The notes below the pieces were generated by a model, which was given only the letters and a program-made list of their open reading frames with translations, was not told the origin of the DNA and made no database searches. This document shows positions 49,801 to 64,000 of a DNA stretch of 64,000 nucleotides, piece by piece. How positions within the stretch are numbered: the stretch's first letter is position 1; every line of letters starts with the position of its first letter. Both the position numbers and the translations under genes were made by a program. Source of the DNA: Bilabrum cf. latius (taxonomy: Eukaryota); NCBI GenBank assembly GCA_965178125.1, contig OZ237761.1, forward strand, positions 310,001 to 374,000. Direction: 5' to 3'.

Positions 49801-51123
49801 AATTCCGTTCAACTCACTAATGGCCACTGCCCCGTACTGCGAGCCTGCAGCTTGTGCACTAGCAAGCACCCCATGCGAGTCGCTGGGTGCCGATAATGTC
49901 GCTCCGTAGCAAGCACGAGCTGCGCTACCCCCTAGATCCCTGGCGGCTCGGCCGAAACGCGCGCCTGTTCTCTGTGCAGGACCCTTTGCACTGGCAGGGG
50001 GGTCCAGAAGTGGTGCTGTGACGGCCGCCGAGTCACGCGAGGCCATCAAATCGAACAAATCCCCCTGAGATCCCAACGCTAGCCTTGTCCGGTTTAAACT
50101 TGAATGGACAACTTCACGGGTAGCCTGTGGTGCTGGGCTCCTTGGTTGGAATGAAATGCTGGCTGACTGGGCCTCAACGATGGGCGCCTCCCCTGGTGGC
50201 ACTGGTGTGCTACCAGGTGGCGTCATGAGAATTTTGTTGCGGCTTGATTCTGCAATCACGGACCGCCACCGCTACTCTACGTCCACTTGAAAGCTTGTCT
50301 GTCTATTTTCGTCGCCGCTGTAGCCCTTGCGCCCTGGCCATCTAGTAGATCTGCCAGTGGAGACCTCTGCAGGGGTGGCACACTTCGTCGTCGTCTCTGT
50401 CGACGCTTCGAGCTACCGGTTGCCTTCCGCTGCGCCCGGCGGATCGATCGCCCTAGATCCGGTACTCTGCACTATTGAGTGAAGCTTTGATGATGTATGG
50501 GTGGCCCAAGAGTGGGCTACTTTGAATGAGGCTGCACATGCAACCAGCGTGGCGGCATCGATTAGCTCGTCTAACTGCTTCTCCCGGTCCAAGGCCCCAG
50601 GTGCAGTTTTGTCCGCATCTCCTCGTAATATATTGTTTCCTGCGTGATGCCACTCGTGCAAAGCTCGCAAAAGTGAGCAAACCTCCGGGTTTGCCCGCAG
50701 CGTGGCATACCGTGCCGATCTGACCATGCGAGCCCGAACGAGAGTTGCTTGGTTGAACACAGCGGTAGCTGCATCGCCCCAGGGACGACAAGTAGCTGAA
50801 TGTTCTGTAGCTCTTGAAGCCATGCTTGCTTGCAATGCCGAGGCAATTAAGCGTGATCCTGAAAAATACTAGTGACATTGCTTTGAAGTCACAGCTACTA
50901 GACCAATTTCGGGGAGATCAAAGAACGGCGCGGCGAATGGTAGTATCTCTGCTTTGCAATAGTAAAATTCTGACGATCTTGAGGCTAGACTGGGGCTGTA
51001 CATGCACAGATGGCCCTTGGAAATCGCATTCGTGAAACATTCTCTCACGGCGAATTCGGATCCGGCTTTCGTCTCGGTGGTCATCGCCGCTGGGACGCCC
51101 GGACATAGCTGATGCATGATCAT
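46842..51123 (-). CDS. Unknown Cys-rich multipass membrane protein, paralog 2, with one frameshift near 49225 (pseudogene or assembly error)
   Basis: Pieces 50869-51123, 50413-50835 and 49066-50259 are in one frame. Pieces 48687-49016, 48039-48305, 47805-47993 and 47304-47756 are in a second frame. Each set is linked only by TAG. Ends at TAA 46842. Colinear similarity to paralog 1. Start uncertain. Confidence 0.65.
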
Positions 51124-51325
51124 GCGTCTTTTTCATATCTTCAAGCAAAATGATTCCAATCCACAGGTCCTTTTTTGCGGTGTGGTCTCCCAATTTTCGA
51201 TTGCGTGTGTGCCTCACCGCGACGTCCGTGCGTCGATCGGAGCAACTACGCAAATCCAAGATCTATTCGCTGGCGGTGACATGGACACCATTGAATCGGC
51301 ATGTGCGCAGCTGATGACACTTCCA

Positions 51326-52666
<1,341 letters not shown>

Positions 52667-52987
52667 TTTCGGTTAAACGAATTCTGTGAAATGATTGACT
52701 GCGCCGAGAGCGAATGCTGCGAACGGTTTCATTGGCGAGAAAAGACGCATCGGTCAGTATCGGTGCACGGCAAGATTGCTTGATAGACACCCCGTTGCTC
52801 GCGGCCACAGGGTACAGCAGCATAACGTCAATCAATTTCAGGCAAATTTTAAATCATATCTCACCTCTCTTACTGGCAGTGCCTCCTAGCTACAAATAAG
52901 CGACCGCTGGATTTCGTTGCACTCGGAGCGGCTCGTTGCACGGTTTGGCTGCATTGCATCGACTGCATACAATAACGTAAAAAGTTC
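52667..52987. promoter_or_regulatory. Putative bidirectional promoter between leuB and leuA
   Basis: 321-nt lower-GC spacer between two divergent start codons. Inferred from geometry only. Confidence 0.45.
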
Positions 52988-55507
52988 ATGCTCAGACTTG
53001 CATCCAATATACTTCGTAGGCATGCTGTGAGGCGTTGTATCGTTGCTGGTGGCAGGCAAGGCCAGGCAACTTGGCGACCCTTTTCAACTGCCCAGACCAA
53101 CGAAGCGGACCGCTTGATTGTGTTCGATACCACGCTTCGGGACGGTGAATAGTCCCCTGGTGCTACTTTGACATATAATGAAAAGCTGGCACTGGCTAGA
53201 TAGCTGGCGTGAGATCGTGCTGTGCCGTGTTTGGGCCTTTTCGGGAGCCTCGAGACAGATCTTACCGTTTGGTGTCTTGGTCTGAGCTAAGGTCCCGCAT
53301 ACTGCAGTTGGTATTGCATCAAATGACGATTATTCTTCATCCTACTGGTTGCTGCAATTTACGCGTTCAAAAAGCTCTAGGGCTTGCGTTCGAGGTCGTA
53401 GTCCACTGGTTGGCTGCGCTACCGAAGGGCGCCCCCCACCTCGTTTACAGTAGCTGCGGGCGAAGAATTGCAATCGCTTTCCCTCGCATCGAGGTGCCAA
53501 CTCTCTGTTCGTCAATTGCCCTCCTGCAGCGAGATCGTCTCAACTCTCCCCGTTGTGCCGCCCTACGTACGCAGGCTGCTCGGCGTCGATGTGTGCGAAG
53601 CGGGCTTTCCCATCGCAAGCGACGGAGACTTTGACGCAGTGCGCGCAGTAGCAACGGAAGTCGGGCCCCTGGTAGAGGGCCGGTCGGACGGCACTCCCAT
53701 GAGGATCGCAGGACTCGCAAGGGCACTCCCAAAGGACATTGAGCGGTGCCATGCCGCCGTCAGTGCGGCGCCGGTGCACAGAATCCACACGTTCCTGGCT
53801 ACATCCGACGTGCACCTCGAGCACAAGCTGAAGATTTCACGTCCAGAGTGCATCGAGCGGGCGGCGAACGCAGTGCGTCTCGCCAGAGGCCTCGTTGACT
53901 CTACCACCGATGGGGCGAGGGGCAAGCACGGGGATGTCGAGTTCTCTCCAGAGGACGCTGGCCGGTCAGATCCCGAGTTCCTGGTAGATGTGCTGACCGC
54001 TGTCATCGAGGCGGGTGGGACCACCCTCAACATCCCAGACACGGTCGGATTCGTCACACCGGGGGAGTATAAGGAGCTCTTCGCGCTCCTCCGCGCTCGC
54101 CTCCCGACCGAGTCGCCCATCGACGGCCGACCCATCATCCTGTCTACGCACGCGCACAACGACCTCGGCCTCGCCGTCGCAAACACGCTCGCTGGTGTTG
54201 AAGGGGGTGCCCGGCAGGTGGAGGTGACCATGAACGGGATCGGAGAGAGGGCGGGCAACGCTTCGCTCGAGGAGGTGGTCATGTCGATCCGAACCAGGCC
54301 GGAGAGGTTCCCGGTGCAGGCGCCCCAGATTGACACAACCCGGATCACCTCCACCTCGCGCCTCGTGTCTGCAGTGACCGGTATGGGCGTACAGCCCAAC
54401 AAGAGCATCGTGGGCGCAAACGCATTCGCTCACGAGTCGGGCATCCACCAGGACGGAGTGCTGAAGCACGCCGCAACCTACGAGATCCTCACACCCGAGA
54501 GCGTGGGGCTTGGCCGCAACAGCCTCGTGCTGGGCAAGCACAGCGGTCGGGCGGCCTACAGGCAGAGGCTGGAAGCACTCGGCTTCGGTGGACTCTCTGA
54601 CTCGCAGCTGAACGGATTCGTGCAGCGGTTTAAGACGCTCGCAGACACCAAGAAGAGTGTGAGCGACGCTGACATCCTGGCCATCGTGCAAGAAGGCATC
54701 GATTCGATCGTGCCGCTGGTGCAGCTGAGCGGCCTTCACGTGACGTGCGGCTCGGACGTCAAGCCGACCGCCACGGTGACTGTGATCGAAGCAGAAGGGG
54801 CTGTGGAGGAGGGCGAGGGCGACGGCGGAGAGATGCAGCACTCCTCTGCCGCCATTGGAAACGGTCCCATCGATGCTCTCTTCCGGGCGTTCGGCCTGAT
54901 CCCATGCCTGCCCGCGGCGGATCTGACAGACTTCGCGGTCCGGTCCGTCACGGACGGCCGAAAGGCTCTGGGCGAGGTGACAATCCGGCTGCGCCCGGCG
55001 GAGCACGGCGCCGGCGGGCAGCGAGACCTCTCTGGTCTGGAGGCGGTGAAGGCCTCCTTGGCTGACCCGCACACGGCCTCACCCAGGGACGGGGCGGGCG
55101 ACGACCACGATAGCGCGGCGGACGGGCTGCACAGCGACGACAAGAACTTCGAGGAGGCGCGGATGTCTAGCGCCGACGCGCTCGTGAGGTACTAGCAGGC
55201 AGTGGAGCGCAAGGAGCAGGAGAGGAGGAGGAGCATGGCAGGTGGAAGCGCCGATGCCGCCACCATGCTAGGTGAGGATCCCCTGACGTCAGAGGCGTCC
55301 GGTGTCGGTCTGTCCACCGACATCCTTCAGGCTGCGGCCAGGGCGTATCTCTCGGCTGCGAACCGCCTGCTGCACCGAGGAGTCCCGGCGAGGCGAGAGC
55401 TTGCGCGGCAGCAGGGTACCGCGGTTGACGGCGCGAATGGCGGCGTCGTAGCTGGTGCGCCGGTGTCTGCGAGGCGACCGACGCGTGGGGTCGAGGCTGC
55501 CATGTGA
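52988..55507 (+). CDS. leuA: 2-isopropylmalate synthase with a putative mitochondrial targeting peptide
   Basis: MLRLASNILRRHAVRR...PFST leader, then LIVFDTTLRDGE[TAG 53150]SPGATL..EKLALAR[TAG 53201]LA, intron 53209-53574, then LLGVDVCEAGFP, HAHNDLGLAVAN, GIGERAGNA, AFAHESGIHQDG and GNGPIDA. After TAG 55193 comes the regulatory-domain end GVGLSTDILQAAARAYLSAAN. Ends at TGA. Confidence 0.95.
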
Positions 55508-55822
55508 AACGCCGCAGAGCTCCACGTCCAGGTCTTGTCTCCCGTTTGATCCGGAGTTTTAGGCAGGCCTATCTGTGCATTTGGTGCCTAACTAAGTCAT
55601 GACGGGGAAATGAGATTTACACGTGTGCTTGAGCCAGACTTCAATTTTTTTTCCTGTGCAAGTGTTTAAGTATATCTGGCCCACAGCCTCGTTTCTGATG
55701 GCCACATCCATGCGCATGTGCCCGCAGGGCCGGGTGTGGGCAAGGACCCGTGTCTCCCGTGGCGGCCCAGTGGCTCTGGTCCATCCGATCTTTAGATCAA
55801 ATCCATCCAGACTCTAGACAGA

Positions 55823-58800
55823 TCACCTGCGCTTGCCGCGCCGGCCCCGCTTCTTCTTGCCCCCCGTCCCAGACCCGCTGCCAGCCGTGTGCTCATGAGC
55901 TGCAGATGAACCAGAGCCACTGGCCGGCACGCTGGGATCGGCGGACCCGACCGCGCCAGCCCCGGGTGCGCCCGACCTGCCGCCGGCAACCGACACCTTG
56001 ACCGCCCTTGACTCGCCGCCCTCGGCGTGCACCCACAGGCCGAACGCCCAACGGCAGCTGCGAGCTCGCGGAGTCACCATGAGCAGGCCACCTTGGGGTG
56101 CTGCGGCGGAGGACCCCTCAGCGTTCATGAGCCCGAGGCCGGCAAGCCCTTCCTTCAGCACGGCGGGAAGGGCCTGGGCGTCTGCCAGCAACGCGCTTGC
56201 AGCGCGCAGCACCTCGCGTGCCTCTGCACGCACCGTGCGAATGTAGCCCGCGTGCGTGTCTGCGGCAGCTCGGAGCAGGGAGGCGAGCGCGGCGCCGCTG
56301 CCACCCGCCACCCGTTGCCCAGCCCACGCGCGCGCCGCATCCCGACCAGCCTCACCGCACTCGGCGGGCGCGGGCATCATTTCCAGTGCCTGTTTGGCCA
56401 TATCTACGGCCTTTCGCAGCGGATCGGTCCAGGTGGCCAGAGCTGCACGAGCGGCGGCTTCGTCTGCCGTGCCGTCGCGGGGCGCGTCCGGAGGCCCCAC
56501 GCTCTCCGGTATGGCAGACTCTTTCGTGAATCTCATTTCCATCGCAAACTCGCGGTAGCTCTGCGGGATCCCCTCCAGTCGCGACTCCAGGAGCGGCTCC
56601 ATCCTGCGAGCAAAGGCACGGATGGAATTCCACATGGGCTGCTTGGCCTTGGCGGCACCGCCGTGCCAGGCAGGCAGCCGCATCGCCTCCAGCCAGCCCA
56701 GCAAGCGAGACTGGCCCTGATGCAGGTAGGCCCGCGCCCGGTGGTGCGGGATCCTCCAGTCGGCCTTTGTTGCGAGCTCGATGGCATGCTCGAGCTCCTT
56801 GGCGCCAGGCAAGTGCAGCAGGCCAGAAGAGTGGGCAGCAGACGACCCGGCCGCAAGCTCTGCTCCCGACGACGCCTTTGGCCCAGCATCCGCGGCCACC
56901 TTCCGAAGCGACAGCTCGCTGCGCCGGTCGGTCCAGTCATCCTTGGCCGCTGCTGCAAGCGCCTTGACGGTCGTAGTCACCACGTCTGCATGTCTGTGCA
57001 GCACACGATGCAGGGGCCAAGTCATCCAAACGGCTTCCCTAGGCAGGCACAGCTAGCCCTCCAGAGCGCCCTGAAAGTAGGCCGCGATCATGGAGCTCAC
57101 GTGCTCCCAGCTCCAGGAGCCCATCCTGCGGACGTACACGGGCGCCAGGGCCTCGAGCCTCTCCGCGACGTGCTTCTGCAGGGCGGCCTCATCCACCCCG
57201 CCCTCGCCCGCAGGTGCCGACGACGACGTGCCGCCCCCGCCACCGCCCCCTCGCCGGCCCTTGCGGCCTCGCCGTCCCGACTTGCCCTTGGACGAGGACT
57301 GCTTCGCGGCTGAAGCAGCTGCCGCCGCCTCGGCCGCGGCCTCTTTCGCTGCGACTTCGGCTTCGTCCTGGCCCATGATAGCGTGCCGCAGCTGGAGCCT
57401 GTCTACCACCGAGGGCCAGGGCGCAGAGTCCGGCAGCCGGCGATGCGGCGCGCGGCGAGCGGCTGCCAGCGGATCATCGACCTTGTCGACACCCTCTGTT
57501 GCCGCGGCACCGCCGGACGCACCCTCGCTGCGTCCGGCAGCAGCGGCCTGCGACGGCGCCAAGGGCAGCAGCGCGCGGGCGTCCACGGGGCTCCCGCTCG
57601 GAAGGAATCCGACGACGGGGTTTGCCGCACCTTTCGCGATCAGGTCGTCCACGTACTCTCCTTCTGCAGACACGACGCCCATCTGCTGGGCCCGGATGTC
57701 TGCACGCCGCTGCCTCCTCACGTGCCTCGAGCACGCCTCGTACGCCAGCCACGCGGGCGCAGACTCGGACAGCACGGCGGCGTACTGCTGGCCCTCCTGG
57801 GTGGCGAGCAGCTCCTGAGGGACGCCGTGTTCCCTGGCGAGTGCCTCGGCTACCGCTCGCTTCCCAAGCCAGGGAAGGTTCATGAACCGCCCGTCGCGGT
57901 GGGTGGATCCTGGAATCTTGACCATGCCGGGGCGACCCATCAGCTGAAAGACGCGGCAGCGGGCGTACCCGTCGGCACCGCGGGCCACAAGCTGCGCCTC
58001 GATCACACGCACCGCGGCGGCTCGCACCGCTGCAGGCGCCGCCCGTCTGGCCTCCACAGTCGAAGAGGACGCAGCCGCGTCGCCCTCGATCACCGACGCG
58101 GCTTGTCTCGCCGCCTGCAGCGACGCAAGCGCTCTCCTGATGTCCCTCTGCTGCAGCGCCTCGCTGCCCCTCGCGCACAGCCCAAAGTCCACGAACCCGA
58201 GCAGGTGCACGCCCATTCCACCGGCGGGCACACAAGGCGAAGGTTGCTTGTTGCCAGCGCCGTCCTCGCCGCCGGAGGAAGAGCCCGATGCGCCCCTCGT
58301 GGCAGCCTCCGCCAGGAGCGCGAGGCCGGGCGCACGAGCGTGCGACCCCAACCCGCGGTGGTTCGCGTGCCACCGCAGGAAATTGGGTGCGATTCGGCTG
58401 CCGGCACCCAGGCTAGCCCCCTGCTGTTCTAAATCGCCAGCGCCCTCCATCGCCTTGTCGTCCGGGAGCGGCGGCACCGGGGTGCTATCGATGGCGGCCA
58501 GCTGCTCCGCGTCGGCATTGCGCGGCCGCACGGCAAAGTCCACCGTGGCTGGCGCGGGGAGCAGGGCGGGCCAGCTGGCCTCGGAAGGGGGCGCGTGGCT
58601 CGGGCCGTCGGACTCTGCCGCCGAATCATCGTCATCGTCATCATCACCACCAGCGGCGGCGGCGGCACCAGCACCAGCACCAGCGGCGGCGGCAGAGGAC
58701 GAGGAGGAGGAGGAGGAGGAGGAACCTTCGGAACCGCCCGAAGCCAACTGGCCCGCGCTGCTCCGAACCGCACCCACAGCGGACGCAAAGCCGCCCCGTC

Positions 58801-61569
58801 GCAGCGGGTTGATGAGGCGAGAAGCTGCACTCGCGGGCCGCTCGCCGTCACCGCTGACAGCGCTCACAACAGCACCGCCGGACGCGCCGGCACCCAGCGC
58901 CGATGCCGACCCCAGGGCTGCCTTGGAGACGACAGCGGAAGGGGGCGCCAGCAGCACGGCGGGGAGGGCCGCCACCTGCGCCAGCCTGCGGGCGTGCATC
59001 CGGAGCCCCAGGATCGCCTCGAAAGAGGACGGCAGCACCGTCTTGCGGGGGTGCGAGCCCGGGGTCTTCTGCAGCGGGGCCCGAGGGTCGAACCATCGTC
59101 CCAGGTTGCCCCGCTCGGGGCTGGGTCGGAAGACCGCCCGCAGGCCGTCCGTGCGAATCGACGCAGCAGTACCGTCCTCCTCCTCCTCCTTCTCTTCCTC
59201 TTCCTCTTCAGCGCCTAGCACGGCAGAGAGATCGACGGCGTGCGTCCCGACGGAGAGAGGCCCGTCCCCGGCTTCAGGCCCCGCCGCGCCGCCGGACCCG
59301 CCTGCACCGTCGTCGTCATCACTGGCTGGCTCGGGTTCCACGCTCCCCATGGCGCTGGGCGCCTTTTCGTCCCCGGGCGGGAGCGGATCCAGGCCGCTGG
59401 CGAGGGCAGACCGCAGCAAGATCTCGGCCTGCCGCTGGCACTGGGCAGCGGCAGCCGCCGCGAGGGGCGCCGCCGTCTCGGTGTGCAGCAGCGCGCCGGT
59501 CCCAAGGACGCTGTAGCAGCACAGCAGGGAGCGCAGCAGCCTGAGGGCCGGCAGGATCACGCAAGCCACGTCCAGGCTTGCGGCCCCGCCGCCGCTCTCG
59601 GCTGTCGCAGGCTACACGGCAGGCACGGCTCCAGAAACAGAAATAGAAGCGGCAGGGTCCGCTGCGCCTTGCCCGCCGCCACCAGCCGTCGCGCAGCTGT
59701 CCGCGATGCCCGGGAGGGAGGCACCAAGCGCGCCACCCTCTCGGGCAAACGAGCGGATGGCCTCGTCGGAGCGCTCCATCCACGGCTCGGCCAGCCGCGC
59801 CCGCTGCGCGTACCTGCCGGGGTCCCGCACTACGTCCCCGTCCGCACTGGCCCCGGCCGAACCGGCACCGCCGGCGCCCGGGCCTGGTGGCGCGTCGTCC
59901 GATCCCTTGGCTTCGTGCCCGCCAGACTACCCCGCATCACCACCACCACCCCCACCTCCACCGGAGGAGGTGGACCACCCATGGGACGCCGCCCAGCGCC
60001 TGCCGCCGTGCGACTCGAATTCCCTCATCGCCGGCACACCATGCACTCTGGCGAGCGCCCTGGTGGCCGACGCTAGCCGGCCCCCGCCCCCGCCCCCGCC
60101 TTCTGCCACCTGGAAGAGAGAGGGCGCCGCGACGGACCAGGCAGGCGCGCCGCCGCCGGCCGCTCCCGCCGCGGATCCAGAGACCGTCCCAGCCCCGAGC
60201 CGCAGCGAATCAAAGGCGCAGCACAGCACGGACCGCGTGCGGTGCCCCACGAAGCCCTCCGAGCGAGCCCGCTCCACCAAGGCGGAGTCGGCCGCGGCGG
60301 GCAGCTCCTGCGAGCCCGAGGCCTGCGGCGACAACCCACCGGCCTCTGCAAACAGGAGGACGGCCTGCTCCGCGTCGAGCAGGGCGGCGATGGCCGCGTC
60401 CGTGCTTAGGTCGGAGGCCGGGTCCTCCACGTGCGCCTGCAGGCAGAGGTCCTCGTCCTCGTCCACGGAGCTGTAGCGCATCGCGGCGCGGGCCAGGTGG
60501 TGCGCACGCAGGGCACCCTGCACGGCAGCGGCCGCCACCAGGGCGGCGGTGGACCGCGGCAGGGTGGTGGGGGAATCAGAAGGGCTGCTCAGCGGCGTCG
60601 GAGGCGAGAGGACGGCAGCGGTGCACGCCTCGAGCGGCTCCTCCGGGCACGACGCCACGGACCTGGGGTCTGCCTCCCTCGGGAGCTCCTCGTCGCCCAT
60701 GTGCCACACCGGCCCCTAGTGTCCGGCTCGGTTGGCGCACCCGTGGCTCGCACCTCCGGCGCCGGCTGCCGCTGCCGCTGCCTTGTCGCCATCCGTTCCT
60801 GCTCGCGCAGGAGGCGCGGGCCTGTGCCTCTGCACCGAGTCGGAGTCGTGCATGGTCCAGCAGAGGACGGGGGGCAGGCCCGCCAGCCGCCGCAGGGCGT
60901 TGAGACGGTCGGGACGCGAGAGGGTGCAGGAGCACACCGTGTCGCACATGGCGTTTCCGTCCAGCTGCGCGCTGGCCTGCGAGGTGAGGGAAAGGAAGGC
61001 GAGCACGACGCGGACTGGTGGAAGGGCACGCTGGAAGGCGCATCACAAGAAGAAAAACGACCTGAATTCGTGAAGAGGGGGGGGGGGGAAGAGACCTCCC
61101 CGTTGCGCAGACCACTCCCCAGGGGGCATGCTCGCTCTCTCACCAGCGCGCGCACGAGGCCAATGAGCAGCTCGGACACTGACCGAGGCGATCGAAGGGA
61201 GCGGGGGCGAGCGGCCGCAGCGGAGTCTGCGCCGCGTTGCGATGGGAGGGCCGGGCCTGCGCCTGCGCCTGGACTGCACGCCGCGTCCAGCCAGCAGCGA
61301 TCCATCTTTGGATGGAACAGCTCGAAGGCATTGCTGGCCACTTGGTGCCCGTATCCCGGGGCATGAACCATCTGCCCGCTTGGCACGGCCCGAGTACAAT
61401 GCATAAATAATGCAGTCACGTCGCTCCAGTGGCTGCCGTCTCGTTCTTCGTCGCAACGAGCCGCCAGCGCCGCTTGCGGCTCGGCCGCCGGCAGTCGCTC
61501 CGCGGGGTCCGAACGCCTGCCGGACCGAGGCTTTTTCTGGCGCCATGGAGCAATTTCTAGCAGACTCAT
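55823..61569 (-). CDS. NAA35: N-alpha-acetyltransferase 35, NatC auxiliary subunit (Mak10), with large low-complexity insertions
   Basis: WSDVTALF...GQMVHAPGY...NAFELFHPKMD, intron 60977-61143, QLDGNAMCDTVCSC, SSVDEDEDL and YFQGALEG[TAG]LCLPREAVWMTW. TAG at 60716, 59927, 59612 and 57053. Ends at TGA 55823. Confidence 0.75.
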
Positions 61570-61877
61570 GCGCCCGTTTCTTCTTGGGGCGCTCTAGATT
61601 GCTTGCGAGTCGGCGCCAAGCGCGGGCTGCGGGCGGACCTGCGCAGAGAGTTGGAAGGGGGACACATCACGCCCAATCGTATCAGAAACCCAAGAGCCCT
61701 GGTACGATTTTCAGAAAACAATGCGTGTATCTGCAAAGCAGAGACGAGCAAAAACATGGGCCGGCATCCGCTTACGAATCACAATTCAATAATGGGAGCG
61801 CGGTTCGCATCAGTGGAAGGTACTCTAAACCACGACATTTCTTTTTGTATACTGCTATTTCCACCAACTTCCAAGCA

Positions 61878-61949
61878 GGGCTGCTGGTCTAGTGGTATGA
61901 TTCTCCCTTCGGGTGGGAGAGGTCCCGGGTTCGATTCCCGGGTGGCCCC
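61878..61949 (+). tRNA. tRNA-Pro (anticodon CGG)
   Basis: GGGCTGC acceptor stem pairs with GTGGCCC. D-arm TGGTCTAGTGGTATGA, anticodon arm CTCCC-TTCGGGT-GGGAG, T-arm CCGGG-TTCGATT-CCCGG. A downstream T-run fits a Pol III terminator. Confidence 0.95.
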
Positions 61950-62943
61950 AACCGACTTTTTGCCCCCCAGCCCCCCCCCCGATTCAGACTTGGTATTTTT
62001 ATTTTTGTCGTTCTTGGCCCTCTGCCGCCCTCCACGCCATGTGCCTCCGAGGGAGGCCCGAGCCAAGGAGAGGGCGGGGCCGCCGTGCGGCGGGATCGCG
62101 CCGAGGAACGTGGGCGACTGCGGATATCGCTGGACAGTCACAGTCTCGCTTGCATCCTGGCGGTGGCGCCCCGCTCTGGCTGGTGTCTCGGGCCGTGTCT
62201 CGGGCCGGCTGTTCGGCAAACATCCTCGCATCGAATGATCAGGAGAATGAGAGCTCATGCATGGGCTACGAATGCATCAGTTGCAGAAGCGTGAGCCAGG
62301 CTCCCGTCCCGGCGAGTGCGAGGGCATCCGAATTGGCCTCTCTGCCCGCGCTGTGTCACTTCAGATACCTCTGCATCCGGCGTAGGTGAGTGTGCCACAC
62401 CCCACACCGCTGAGGAGGCAACATGAACAAGACACGCTGTACGGCAAAGAACGCCTATGCCTCAAGTCTGCGCCATAACGGTGCGGCCACAGCGCCAGCC
62501 AGAGCGGGGCGCCGCCGTCAGGATGTAGCAAGATTATCCTTCACCTTTTGATGATTTAGCAGTCGCCCACGCTTCGTCGAGTCATGCGCGATTCAGACAT
62601 GGTGCCCCGCCTGGGGACAGACAGATCTGTTCAAATTTATACGCTTGTCTCGCTATCAGTCACACTTGCGATTCTTCCGAGGACGGCATCTAGATGTAGG
62701 GATGAATTCCCTCCCCGGCACTTCCACGCGTTCAACATCGTATGTGCCTCGTCCACCCCAGCAGCCCCGCCTGCTTCGTCCATTGCGCCGTCCTTTCATG
62801 CCTTTTGCGGCCATCTACACCACGCCACACGACTGGTCCACTCTCCAAAGCGCCGCATCCCGCGCGCAGCCTCAGCTACCGAGGCGCAAGCCCCTCGCGC
62901 ACGCTCCGACATCAGAGAAGCGCCGCACGAGCCGAACCCACCA

Positions 62944-64000
62944 TCACCGCTCCCGCTTGCGCTGCCCCGGTGCACCGTTAGCAGACTTGTTGCCACCACG
63001 TTCCAAGAACATGGACAGCTGCCCTGGTGGTGGTGGGCCAAACATTCGCTTGGCCACAGCCGCCGCAGCCGCGGCGGTTGCCACTGCCACACTCCGAGAA
63101 CCGACGTGCCTCTTCTCGGCCGCTACAATCATCTCGTCCGCGTACGTCTCTCCAGTGCGGGGGTTGTTCGACCACGCTAGCCTCTGGAAGTCCAAGGACA
63201 TGTACTGCGGCACGCTGTCCTTGAGCGCATCTGCCGGTCGCCGAAGTGCCTTGAGAAGGAACCCTTTCCAGCCGAAGGTTGTACCGTTGTTCTTGACTCT
63301 GACCTCTCGCTCGATCTCGGCCAGGCAGGTCTGCACCCGAAGCACCGCTTCTGGATTCTCCGGGACGCCCATGTTCCCCCAGGCCTTGCGGCGCTTTGTC
63401 TCTGTCCCGTAGCTGCAGTCCTGCTCTACGAACAAGCCAGAGCTCTGAGCAAGCTCCACGACCCTTTCCGCGAGAGAGACACACTCCCGAAATCCGCGAT
63501 TCCCAGCTAGAAGGTTCTGAAGATCGCAACCGACAGGACGGGCGGGATCCATCTCCTCCGCGAGCATTGCCGGGGCACTGCTGCTAGCAACGGCGGACGA
63601 TGAGGCTGACGACGAGGCTGACGACGAGGCTGATGACGAGGCTGCTCCGACGGCCGACGCACCTCCACTTGCGGCGCTTTCCTCGGAACCTCTCTGATCG
63701 CGAACGCGCCCGGACGCGTCCTCGCACAGCCGCAGCACAGCCCCTGCTGCGGCTCCAGAGGCGTGATCGATGCGATACTGCGCCAACAAGTTCTTGATCC
63801 CGCCTTCTGTGATTGTGCTGCCGTCCCGCGCGCAGCAACGAGACAAGCTTGGTCCTTGGCACGATCATCACGATTGCTCGGGCCATGCTCCGCGCCGTGG
63901 TCTGCTTGGATGCAGCTTGGTGGTCGCGCAAGCTCACCATCGCGAGCGCTTTGCCAGCTTCGCTGCCCATCGCTCGCACGAGCTTCGCAAGCATGTCTTG
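62944..64000 (-). CDS. 3' part of a hypothetical protein; apparent frame change near 63830
   Basis: Protein-like frame 63994 to ~63830 (MLAKLVRAMG...KLVSLLRAG), then the 62944-63846 frame (DGSTITEGGIKNLLAQYR...) ending at TGA. No family recognised. Confidence 0.4.

Noticed and set aside
52988-53210. UAG as pyrrolysine, Leu, Glu, or Trp via A-to-I editing
   Set aside because: The conserved LeuA DGEQ motif and the CAG/TAG swap in the repeats point to Gln. No pyl genes are present in the window.
61878-61949. The tRNA as the UAG-decoding suppressor
   Set aside because: Its anticodon is CGG (Pro). The CTA in the sequence lies in the D-arm. No tRNA-Gln(CUA) was seen in this window.

Overview
GC-rich, gene-dense eukaryotic (protist) nuclear DNA with short GT-AG introns. 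The Ala/Gly/Ser-rich insertions in conserved proteins suggest a heterotrophic stramenopile-like flagellate, but the taxon is only an inference. The main signal is a non-standard genetic code. Nearly every gene is broken by in-frame TAG codons (about 90 by manual count), some at conserved Gln positions (LeuA DGE[TAG]SPG and AR[TAG]LA; kinesin K[TAG]NEVF). TAG also swaps with CAG between near-identical tandem repeat copies. All reconstructed genes end in TGA or TAA. So UAG appears to encode Gln while UAA remains a stop. Read with this code, the fragmented ORF track collapses into about 15 genes: a KIF6-like kinesin, a cadherin/RCC1-repeat membrane protein, a GxGYxYP protein, EMC1, a metallophosphoesterase-like/HAD phosphatase fusion, a small membrane protein, a ~3450-aa repetitive surface protein, a transmembrane cyclic-nucleotide PDE, two convergent paralogous unknown membrane proteins, head-to-head leuB and leuA, NAA35/MAK10, and partial genes at both ends. 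There is also a tRNA-Pro(CGG) and a probable decayed non-LTR retrotransposon fragment.
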